A stretch of DNA of 63,976 nt, the filler included, from Nanobdellota archaeon (GTDB taxonomy: Archaea; Nanobdellota; Nanobdellia; B33-G15), in NCBI GenBank assembly GCA_003660925.1. It is 6 parts of 6 records of this genome, joined end to end, with 100 filler letters (N's around TTAATTAATTAA, not from the genome) between each part and the next. Parts side by side here need not be neighbours in the genome. Positions count along the whole stretch, not along the records: positions 1 to 13,056 come from QMVD01000015.1; 5 more parts are not named here. The stretch is one strand, 5' to 3'. A program made the translations under genes and the position numbers. The notes under the pieces are model-generated. The model was not told the DNA's origin. It saw nothing but the letters and a program-made list of their open reading frames with translations, and ran no database searches. Every line of letters begins with the position of its first letter. Positions within the stretch are counted from its first letter, which is position 1. Shown here piece after piece: positions 1-7,899 of the stretch.

Positions 1-423
1 AAGAGGATTGAGGAGAGGGTAAGCCTCACCGACCTCTTCCCCACCATACTGGACGTCCTTGGGATGGATACTCCTGAAAACATAGATGGTGTCAGCCTCC
101 TACCGCTGATAAAGGGCGACGGAGGTTATGATAAGGAATACGTCCTCTCAGAACTGTGGGGTAGGCCCTTGGCAGGAGAGTACTTCCAGCAGGCGATTTA
201 TCGCGGTGATTGGAAGCTCATAAATGTTGTGCCTGATAACGACGTAATACCCCCATCTTTGTTCAATTTGAAGGAAGATCCTCACGAGCAGGAAAACCTC
301 TATGACATAAATGTGGAAGAGAGAGAGTTCCTGCTCCATTACTTGAACAACATAACAGGAGGAAAACCTCCCACGACATCCACATCGGTCAGCAACTTCC
401 TTTACTATTATTATTACCAGTAA
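1..423 (+). CDS. Sulfatase-family protein, C-terminal part (starts before the window)
   Basis: Frame open from base 1: ..ERVSLTDLFPTILDVLG..IDGVSLLPLI..GDWKLI..LFNLKEDPHEQENLY, typical sulfatase C-terminal motifs. Confidence 0.85.
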   Translation, partial: KRIEERVSLTDLFPTILDVLGMDTPENIDGVSLLPLIKGDGGYDKEYVLSELWGRPLAGEYFQQAIYRGDWKLINVVPDNDVIPPSLFNLKEDPHEQENLYDINVEEREFLLHYLNNITGGKPPTTSTSVSNFLYYYYYQ

Positions 424-458
424 CCTTTATTAAAAAAGAGTTCAAGCAAATAAGTGAC

Positions 459-1133
459 ATGATCTCCATCATCATCCCCACTCACATGGAAGAGAAGTAC
501 CTCCCAAGGCTTCTTGAATCGTTAAAGAGACAAACCGACAGGGACTTTGAGGTCATCGTAGTGGACTGGAACTCAAAAGACAAGACGAGGGAAATAGCTA
601 GAAAATATGGATGTAAGCTCGTGATGGCTGAAAAGAGAGGGATTGGGAGGGGAAGGAACCTGGGGGCAAAGCACGCCAAAGGAGACGTGTTAGCTTTCAT
701 AGATGCTGACATCGTCTTGCCCCCAAATTTCGTGGAGGAGGTCAAAGGGGTGAAATGTAATGCGGCCATATGCGAGTGGATCCCGCTTGAGGATGATTTG
801 TTGTTGAAATTGTATTACAGAATTAGCTATCTCTTTTGCAAGCTATTCAATCTCCTAGGAATAGGTCATTCCCCTGGCTTCTGCACCATCATTAGAAGGG
901 ACATCTTCGAAAGGGTGGGGGGTTACAATGAAGAGCTCCTTGCTGGGGAGGACCACGAGTTGGCGAGGAGGGTGAGGAGGCTCACCAAGATATGCCACTT
1001 GAAAGTCAAGATCAGGATGGATAGTAGGAGAGTGAGGAAAGAGGGCAAGTTCGGGATCATTTGGAAGTACACAGCAGCGGAGATAAGAGTGTTACTTGGG
1101 AAAAGAGTAGGAGGTTTTGAAATCGCGAGGTAA
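459..1133 (+). CDS. Glycosyltransferase family 2
   Basis: MISIIIPT, EVIVVD, FIDAD (DxD) and GEDHEL motifs. Confidence 0.92.
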   Translation: MISIIIPTHMEEKYLPRLLESLKRQTDRDFEVIVVDWNSKDKTREIARKYGCKLVMAEKRGIGRGRNLGAKHAKGDVLAFIDADIVLPPNFVEEVKGVKCNAAICEWIPLEDDLLLKLYYRISYLFCKLFNLLGIGHSPGFCTIIRRDIFERVGGYNEELLAGEDHELARRVRRLTKICHLKVKIRMDSRRVRKEGKFGIIWKYTAAEIRVLLGKRVGGFEIAR

Positions 1134-1165
1134 AAGATTTAAATGGAAGAGGTGCTTCCAGTCTC

Positions 1166-1663
1166 ATGGAAGTATTACCACGTCCGGAGAGCCTTGACCT
1201 GCGCCTAGATGCCTCCTTTACCGATTTCGAGTCGAAATTGAAGGATGGGGAACTGATCTTGGTGGTCAAAGAGAGGGAGACCATAACGGGCTGTCCGGGA
1301 ATCGTACCTCCAAAACAAGTGGAGCCCTGGTTCTTCTCCGTGGAAAGAAGTTACATTTTAGGGATCCTGGGCCCTGGTAAGCTCTCTCACGCGGAGGAGA
1401 GGATGGTGATCCCCACCAAAAGGTACGTGGAGTTCGATAGGAATAAGGTCGGTGAGGTGAAAAAGGGACCTATAGTGGTAGAGGAGCCCTACTCAAGTCA
1501 TTTTGGAATGAGGGTACCGATCAGGACGGAGCCCGTACCCTACTCCTCCCTCTCCTTGGAGTACGGACTCCTCGTATTCGTGGGGGAAAAGGAGATCTTG
1601 CCCGTGATGGAAAGGATGAGGTTACGCGCTGCTTACGCTAGGGCCCGCAGGATGCTCTATTAG
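1166..1663 (+). CDS. Hypothetical protein
   Basis: 165-aa ORF with TATA-like gatttaaat about 25 nt upstream; no family recognised. Confidence 0.6.
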   Translation: MEVLPRPESLDLRLDASFTDFESKLKDGELILVVKERETITGCPGIVPPKQVEPWFFSVERSYILGILGPGKLSHAEERMVIPTKRYVEFDRNKVGEVKKGPIVVEEPYSSHFGMRVPIRTEPVPYSSLSLEYGLLVFVGEKEILPVMERMRLRAAYARARRMLY

Positions 1664-2106
1664 CTCAGATATTTCCTGATCTCCTCGATGATCTTCCTTT
1701 TGACCTCTTCGGAAACCATTTGGGTCCTCTTCCTATCGTAGTGATATCCAAAATCTGGGTCTCTGAAGACCTCCCCAGCGAACTTCACTTCATGATCATA
1801 TCTTGGCCTGAAATGCCAGTGAACGTGAGGATTGGGTGGGTCGTGCTGATAGGCGTTGTTCATCAGACAGGTCCAGTTGAACATAGTGGCGCCGAATGCC
1901 TTCCTTAAAGCTGACTCCAACTTCCTGACCAACTCCACGAAATCGAGCCACTCCTCCCTTTTGAGTTCTGCAAGATCACCACAATGTCTCTTCAGTACCA
2001 CCACACACCTGCCGAGATAACTCTGCTCGAATGCTAGGAAGACCCTCCAATGTTTGGTCTCATAAATCAGATTTTTATCCGTCTCCTCGCAGTACCTACA
2101 TTCCAT
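1660..2106 (-). CDS. HIT family protein
   Basis: CxxC at the N-terminus and the HVHWH histidine triad. Confidence 0.9.
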   Translation of the reverse strand: MECRYCEETDKNLIYETKHWRVFLAFEQSYLGRCVVVLKRHCGDLAELKREEWLDFVELVRKLESALRKAFGATMFNWTCLMNNAYQHDPPNPHVHWHFRPRYDHEVKFAGEVFRDPDFGYHYDRKRTQMVSEEVKRKIIEEIRKYLS

Positions 2107-2239
2107 GTTCCTTAGCGTGCTCCGCTGGTTTTATAGTTTTTTCTCACAGTTTGTAAGCGTTCGATCTTTGCTACCCTTCATCTTGTCAACTCACAAGCTG
2201 ATGTAAACCTTTAAAAAAGGAAGGAGAATTCTCTTTCAA

Positions 2240-2359
2240 ATGAAGCGAAGTTCCAGGAAGTGGAAGAAGAAAATCACCAAGTTCAGATGGAGGACTAAAA
2301 AGAAGAGGATGAGGGAGAGGAAGAGACAGAGGAGGCTCCAAAGGAAGAAGTCCGCTTAG
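2240..2359 (+). CDS. rpl41e: Ribosomal protein eL41/eS32-like (39 aa, absent from the ORF track)
   Basis: Manual translation MKRSSRKWKKKITKFRWRTKKKRMRERKRQRRLQRKKSA resembles archaeal L41e; TATA-like ctttaaaaa about 25 nt upstream. Confidence 0.8.
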   Translation: MKRSSRKWKKKITKFRWRTKKKRMRERKRQRRLQRKKSA

Positions 2360-2400
2360 TTCTAAAAGTTTTTAAAATGAGGTGGAGGCATTAAGCTTGA

Positions 2401-2486
2401 GCGGGGGTGCCCGAGCCAGGTCAAAGGGGCAGGACTGAGGCTCCTGTGCCTTAGTGGCTGCGTGGGTTCAAATCCCACCCCCCGCA
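2401..2486 (+). tRNA. tRNA-Leu(GAG)
   Basis: Acceptor GCGGGGG/CCCCCGC-A, anticodon arm CAGGA-CT-GAG-GC-TCCTG, long variable arm, GGTTCAAATCC. Confidence 0.96.
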
Positions 2487-2487
2487 T

Positions 2488-2817
2488 ATGATGTTAGAGT
2501 TGACTTTCATCCTGATGACCTCCCTACTCCTCTCAACGGGGAACATCCTGCAGAAGATGGGTAATAAGGGGTTTGATTTCGAGAAACTCATAAAAGACAG
2601 AGCATGGTTAACGGGCTGTATCTTGGCTTTCTTGAGCTTTCCTGTCATGATCTTAGCCCTCAATTTCATGAACATATCCGTCCTCCAACCAGGTTCCACT
2701 TTGAACCTCGTCCTCACCTTAATACTTGGGAGGCTCATTTTAGGGGAGAGACTGACTACAAAAGAATACGTTGGGATCCTCCTGATGATAGTGGGGGTGC
2801 TGTGCGTTGTGGCTTGA
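2488..2817 (+). CDS. Small DMT/EamA-like membrane protein
   Basis: Four hydrophobic segments; ISVLQP and LGERLT..YVGILL motifs. Confidence 0.75.
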   Translation: MMLELTFILMTSLLLSTGNILQKMGNKGFDFEKLIKDRAWLTGCILAFLSFPVMILALNFMNISVLQPGSTLNLVLTLILGRLILGERLTTKEYVGILLMIVGVLCVVA

Positions 2818-3139
2818 GCTCTCATGCGGTTTCCTGTTCGCTTGGGGCCTAGTAGTGTCGAAGTGGTTCGTGGTCTCTAACTTGGTAGGTAAATTCTTAC
2901 TACTTCCCCTCCTGGGCTTGATCTACGGCTCCGCCTTCCTCCTTTATCAATATCTCCTAGCGAGAAAAGACGTCTCCTATCTAGCCCCCATGACCGCCGC
3001 CTTCACCAACGCTTTCTCCGTGGGATTCGGCGTCCTCTTATTCGAGGAGTGGTTGAGCCCGATCCAGTGGTTCGGTCTCCTCGTGATATTTCTAGGTCTC
3101 TCCATCTTGAAATCTAGGGGTTTCACTTCTAAAAAGTAA
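2807..3139 (+). CDS. Small DMT/EamA-like membrane protein (likely partner of the upstream gene)
   Basis: VSYLAPM..GVLLFEEWLSPIQWFG motif; overlaps the upstream paralog. Confidence 0.72.
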   Translation: MWLELSCGFLFAWGLVVSKWFVVSNLVGKFLLLPLLGLIYGSAFLLYQYLLARKDVSYLAPMTAAFTNAFSVGFGVLLFEEWLSPIQWFGLLVIFLGLSILKSRGFTSKK

Positions 3140-3170
3140 AAAATAAAAGTCTTCTACTTCCACAGATATC

Positions 3171-4016
3171 ATGCGTGTGAGAAGGTCAACCAGAAGGGCA
3201 GCAATTTTGGTGACGCTTCCGGATCAGGTCGATTATGACCATGGACTCGTAAACGCTCCCGGTCTCTTTTCGGATGATGGGAAGGTCCACATCCCAACTC
3301 TAAAGAGGTATGAGGAAGAATTCATCGTGGCCAGCTTAAATGAACTGAGACCATCAGAGGCGTATCTTCTGGTGGAAAGTGAGTTGAAGGATGTTATAGA
3401 AGAGGTGGTGAGAAAGTTCGAAGGAGCACATCCTTGGCCCTTAGAACTCAGGATGAAGAGCGTATGGCTCCGACCGGAGTACGGAGATGTGTTTAAAGAA
3501 CTGTTCAAACTATGCGCGTCCGGGGAGATGGACATAGATTATGGCAGTACGTGCCACATCCCTATACACCTTGCCATTCAAGACATTGGGAGACTTTTTG
3601 AGGATGTAAACTTGTATTTCAATCACTCACCAGAACCCGTCCTGTTCAGAATCCCTGAAATTGAGCCAGAACTGAGTCTCAAGAACCTTCTTAGAGAGGA
3701 AGGTAGAATACACAGGGAAATCCTAGCCTCCCTCCTCAAGGCAGGAAGAGGTGAGAAATTTAAGCTCCCCACCAAGAAGCTAAGAAGTAAGATCTTATCA
3801 AAATACGCAGGACAACCTAAAGCAGAATACATCAAGGTAGGACGGAAGATAACCTCTGCCCTTGATTCTTTGAGGCGCGTAGGAGCGGTGAGAGAAGTAG
3901 AAGAGAAACAAGAGAAGGGATGGGGCTACACCACAACACACTGTATCCAGTTAACGAGATTCGGTAAGGCATGGGCCGAGAGCTTGGAGGAACTTCTTGA
4001 GGAGAAAGGAGCTTGA
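3171..4016 (+). CDS. Hypothetical protein, possible CARF-like domain plus C-terminal winged HTH (Csa3/DUF6293-like layout)
   Basis: Alpha/beta N-terminal region; C-terminal ..LDSLRRVGAVRE..IQLTRFGKAWA wing motif. Confidence 0.5.
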   Translation: MRVRRSTRRAAILVTLPDQVDYDHGLVNAPGLFSDDGKVHIPTLKRYEEEFIVASLNELRPSEAYLLVESELKDVIEEVVRKFEGAHPWPLELRMKSVWLRPEYGDVFKELFKLCASGEMDIDYGSTCHIPIHLAIQDIGRLFEDVNLYFNHSPEPVLFRIPEIEPELSLKNLLREEGRIHREILASLLKAGRGEKFKLPTKKLRSKILSKYAGQPKAEYIKVGRKITSALDSLRRVGAVREVEEKQEKGWGYTTTHCIQLTRFGKAWAESLEELLEEKGA

Positions 4017-4054
4017 TTAACTTTTAAAAGGATTCGCATCTTCTTTTCAAGAGT

Positions 4055-4128
4055 GGCCAGGGTAGGTCAGCCTGGTAGACTGGAGGCCTGTGGAGCCTCT
4101 GACCTGGGTTCGAATCCCAGCCCTGGCC
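4055..4128 (+). tRNA. tRNA-His(GUG) with genome-encoded G-1
   Basis: G+GCCAGGG/CCCTGGC-C, anticodon arm GAGGC-CT-GTG-GA-GCCTC, GGTTCGAATCC. Confidence 0.95.
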
Positions 4129-4283
4129 CTCGAAATACGAAGGGTTAAAAGGTCATGTCGTATAGGTGAGTGACGAAGAAGATTGGATAACTTGGGTCCT
4201 TACACTCCTACCAGGTGCGTTTGCTCACAAGGGAGAGACACATGGAGGATGCAAAATGATGTCTGGCGCAGGCGCCTTAAAAA

Positions 4284-4300
4284 CAAAAATCTTTATAAAT
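4284..4300 (+). promoter_or_regulatory. BRE/TATA promoter of the 16S rRNA gene
   Basis: caaaaatCTTTATAAAt about 200 nt upstream of 16S; the same CTTTATAAA core precedes 23S. Confidence 0.6.
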
Positions 4301-4458
4301 AGCTGATTTCGGCTCTTTATTGGGGTGCCTTAGAGCACGTATAACTGCCATAGCAAAAGATGGCGAGGGCTCGAGAAGGAGCCAAGCTCCGTCGATGAAA
4401 AGCCAACCTCCGGCTATGGCGACAAGATGTGATGATGAGCTCTTCCTTCATCATCGAA

Positions 4459-4486
4459 GTAGAGAGGTGGTGACACCCAGCGTGTT
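4459..4486 (+). other. 5' strand of the pre-16S processing stem (BHB)
   Basis: GTAGAGAGGT-GGTG-aca-CCCAGCGTGT pairs with 6058-6084. Confidence 0.88.
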
Positions 4487-5223
4487 CCCCCAACTCCAGT
4501 TGATCCTGCTGGAGGCCACTGCTATCTGGCTGGGACAGACATGCAAGTCTGGGAGGTTGGCTGGAACCTCCCGGCGCACGGCTCAGTAACACGTAGACAA
4601 CCTGCCCTCAGGAGGGGGATAACCTCGGGAAACTGAGGCTAATACCCCATAGGGGATGGGTACTGGAACGTCCTATCCCCGAAAGGGGCGGGAAGCCATG
4701 CTCTTCCCGTCCGCCTGAGGATGGGTCTGCGGCCTATCAGGTAGTTGGTGGGGTAACGGCCCACCAAGCCTAAGACGGGTACGGGCCATGAGAGTGGAAG
4801 CCCGGAGAGGGGCACTGAGACAAGGGCCCCAGCCCTACGGGGTGCAGCAGTCGCGAAACTTCCCCAATGCGCGCAAGCGTGAGGGAGCCAGCCAGAGTGC
4901 CCTACCTCTGGTAGGGCTTTTGGGGAGTCCAAACAGCTCCCCGAATAAGGGGTGGGCAAGACCGGTGCCAGCAGCCGCGGTAATCCCGGCGCCCCGAGTG
5001 GTGGCCACGATTATTGGGCCTAAAGCGTCCGTAGCCGGGCCATTAAGTCCCCTGTGAAATCCTACCTCTCAAGGGTAGGGCGTGCGGGGGATACTGGTGG
5101 CCTAGGGACCGGGAGGGGCCGAGGGTATTCCCGGGGTAGGGGTAAAATCCTGTAATCCCGGGAGGACCGCCGGTGGCGAAGGCGCTCGGCTGGAACGGGT
5201 CCGACGGTGAGGGACGAAAGCCA

Positions 5224-5269
<46 letters not shown>

Positions 5270-5332
5270 CTGCCCGCTAGGTGTTGCATGTCCTTAGGGG
5301 GCATGCAGTGCCGAAGCGAAGGCGTTAAGCGG

Positions 5333-5389
<57 letters not shown>

Positions 5390-5818
5390 AACAAGGGGTG
5401 AAGCCTGCGGTTCAATTGGATTCGACCCCGGGAAACTCACCAGGGGCGACAGCAGGATGAAGGCCAGTCTGAAGGGCTTGCCGGACGCGCTGAGCGGAGG
5501 TGCATGGCCATCGTCAGCTCGTGCCGTGAGGTGTCCAGTTAAGTCTGGCAACGAGCGAGACCCTCACCCCCTGTTGCTACCCGTTCCTCCGGGAGCGGGG
5601 CACTCAGGGGGGACCGCCTCCGTAAGGGGGAGGAAGGTGAGGGCGACGATAGGTCAGTATGCCCCTAATCCCCTGGGCTACACGCGGGCTGCAATGGCCG
5701 GGACAAAGGGATGCGACCCCGAAAGGGGAAGCAAATCCCCTAAACCCGGTCTTAGTCCGGATCGAGGGCTGCAACCCGCCCTCGTGAAGCCGGAATCCCT
5801 AGTAACCGTGGATCAAAA

Positions 5819-5880
5819 TGCCGATGAAGACATCGGGCTTCAGAGTAGTGAAGAAGCCATGCACAACTGAGTGCTTGAAG
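5819..5880 (+). other. Archaeal BHB-type intron in 16S helix 43 (after about E. coli position 1363)
   Basis: CCGTGGA/TCCACGG exon helix, TCAA/TTGA central 4 bp, 3-nt bulges AAT (5817-5819) and AGA (5879-5881); splicing gives CCGTGG-ATCAAAAAT-CCACGG, the normal 9-nt spacing. Confidence 0.88.
5821..5870 (+). ncRNA. Candidate intron-encoded box C/D guide sRNA
   Basis: C (CCGATGA) - 13 nt - D' (CAGA) - 3 nt - C' (GTGAAGA) - 12 nt - D (CTGA); the D guide has 9 bp complementarity to 16S 5500-5508. Confidence 0.65.
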
Positions 5881-5885
5881 ATCCA

Positions 5886-5926
<41 letters not shown>

Positions 5927-6057
5927 GCCACCCGAGTCGGGTTCGGATGAGGCCTCATCCTGTGGGTGAGGTCGAATCTGGGCTCGGCGAGGTGGGTTAA
6001 GTCGTCACAAGGTATCCGTAGGGGAACCTGCGGATGGATCACCTCCTTGCGCATCGG

Positions 6058-6084
6058 ACACGCTGGGCACCAAGACCTCTCTAC
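6058..6084 (+). other. 3' strand of the pre-16S processing stem (BHB)
   Basis: ACACGCTGGG-CACC-aag-ACCTCTCTAC, complementary to 4459-4485 with two 3-nt bulges around 4 bp. Confidence 0.88.
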
Positions 6085-6121
6085 ATCCTCACGCATTCCT
6101 ATCTCAGTACTGAGAAGAGGC

Positions 6122-6460
6122 TCATTGAGATAAGACGTAGTTCCTCGAGTTTCTCGTGCTATCTAGTCCCCTGAGTAATTTCTTGAAATAAGAGGCTCCC
6201 TTCGAGAAGACCCCCTCGTAATAAGCCCTCTTGTCCTCTGGGAGATCAAGTTTGGACAGGATGAGAAGCGCTTGTTTGTACACCCTCAGGGCGCAGGCAT
6301 AACCCATCCTCAAGCGCGTCAAGAGTTCTCCTGCCGTGAGGAAATCCTTGGTCTCCCTCTCGAGCTGGATGATGCCCACCAAGACGCTCTTCCTGTTCTC
6401 GCTACTCAACAGCTTCTCTATGTTCCTCACCTTCATCTCGAGCTCATCCGGGCTCCTCAT
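6122..6460 (-). CDS. Hypothetical helical protein
   Basis: 112-aa ORF with host-like composition and an AT-rich box about 25 nt upstream. Confidence 0.55.
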   Translation of the reverse strand: MRSPDELEMKVRNIEKLLSSENRKSVLVGIIQLERETKDFLTAGELLTRLRMGYACALRVYKQALLILSKLDLPEDKRAYYEGVFSKGASYFKKLLRGLDSTRNSRNYVLSQ

Positions 6461-6539
6461 GTTTGAAGTTTGGATTTATCCCTATTTATCTCTTTGTGCT
6501 CCTGGTAAAAGATTTATAAGGGGTTTGATTTCTCTCTAC

Positions 6540-6612
6540 GGGCCCGTGGTCTAACTGGCATGACGCCGCCCTTGCACGGCGGAGGCTGTGGGTTCGAATC
6601 CCACCGGGTCCA
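6540..6612 (+). tRNA. tRNA-Ala(UGC)
   Basis: GGGCCCG/CGGGTCC-A with G3:U70, anticodon arm CCGCC-CT-TGC-AC-GGCGG. Confidence 0.96.
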
Positions 6613-6651
6613 TTAAATACATAAAGGGAAAAGGCGTTCTTCTAATTCGAG

Positions 6652-7857
6652 ATGAGCACTATCCTCATCCTGGCAACGGTCCTGGCCACTTCCCTTTTGA
6701 TCAAGGAGATATGTAGGAGGTTAAGGATCCCCATCATCGTCGGTCAGATCTCAGCGGGCATCGTCCTTGGTTTGCCCCTGATAAGGTCTTTCCTCTTCGA
6801 TCCCAAAAGCTTCTCCCTCATAGACTTGTTATCACAACTAGGCATCCTCTCCCTCCTGTTCCTCGCCGGCTTGGAGATAGATTTCAAGAAAATCTTGGAG
6901 AATGCTAGAGATGCGATCTTGATCGCCCTTTCCTCCGCCTTCTTCCCATTCATCTTCGGCTTCCTCTTCGTTTACTTCTTCTTCGGAGGTTATTTCTCCT
7001 CCCAAGGTTTTGATCCCCTCACCCTCTCCCTGGTCTTTGGCATCGCTCTGGCCGTGACATCGGAAGGGACGAAAGTGAAGGTCCTCATGGACCTCAATGC
7101 GTTGGATACGAGGCTGGGGGCCATCATGGTGGGGGCTGGTGCCTTTGACGATTTGATAGAGATACTTGGTTTATCCTTCGTAACCGCGTTGGCCCAGACG
7201 GGGAGCACGGAAGAATTGGTGATGTTGCCCCTTAACCTCCTCGTATTCGCCTTCCTCTTCTTCTTACTAGCGAAGGTTATATCGAGGTTGTTGAAGTACG
7301 TGGAGAGGAAGGAAACGGATGTGGACCTCTTCCTCCTCGTCCTGATCCTCATGATGGGTCTGGCTGCCCTCTCCGAACTATTCTCCTTAGGCTCTGTCAT
7401 CGGGGCCTTCGTGGGAGGCATCCTCATGCAACTCTCCATGAGGAAAGTAAAGAAGAAAGAGGAGGAAGACATCTTGGATAGCTTCAAATTATTGTCCCTG
7501 GCCTTCCTCGCCCCCTTCTTCTTCGCCAACGTGGGGCTGAACTTCAACCTCCAAAGCCTGTTCGTGAACCCCTCCCTCTTGGTGGGAACCATCTTCATAG
7601 CCTTCATCGGAAAGATAGTCGGGACGATGGCCATCAAACCCCTTTCAAGGCTTGGTTGGAAGCAGTTGTACGTGATAGGATGGGCCATGAATTCAAGAGG
7701 GGCCGTAGAATTAGTGATAGCTCTGATGGCATTGGGAAACGGATTGCTTCCCCTTGAGGTCTTCTCGGTCCTGGTGGTCACTTCTCTGGTGACGACCTTG
7801 ACCTTCCCCTTTGTGCTGGAAAAGGAGATAAGGAAGGATCCCAAGTTGCTGGGTTAG
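6652..7857 (+). CDS. Cation:proton antiporter (CPA2/KefB-like)
   Basis: About 12 TM segments; LFLAGLEID, AFDD, FFANVG and SRGAV motifs. Confidence 0.9.
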   Translation: MSTILILATVLATSLLIKEICRRLRIPIIVGQISAGIVLGLPLIRSFLFDPKSFSLIDLLSQLGILSLLFLAGLEIDFKKILENARDAILIALSSAFFPFIFGFLFVYFFFGGYFSSQGFDPLTLSLVFGIALAVTSEGTKVKVLMDLNALDTRLGAIMVGAGAFDDLIEILGLSFVTALAQTGSTEELVMLPLNLLVFAFLFFLLAKVISRLLKYVERKETDVDLFLLVLILMMGLAALSELFSLGSVIGAFVGGILMQLSMRKVKKKEEEDILDSFKLLSLAFLAPFFFANVGLNFNLQSLFVNPSLLVGTIFIAFIGKIVGTMAIKPLSRLGWKQLYVIGWAMNSRGAVELVIALMALGNGLLPLEVFSVLVVTSLVTTLTFPFVLEKEIRKDPKLLG

Positions 7858-7899
7858 ATCACCGACAACTTTATTAAATCCCCTTCGTCCACTTTTCAC

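Noticed and set aside
4166..4306. Possible 46-aa ORF or gene remnant between tRNA-His and the 16S promoter
   Set aside because: No recognisable family; runs through the rRNA promoter
6990..7844. Long antisense ORFs (also 15359..16081, 52944..53723, 54652..55290)
   Set aside because: Antisense shadows of well-supported genes
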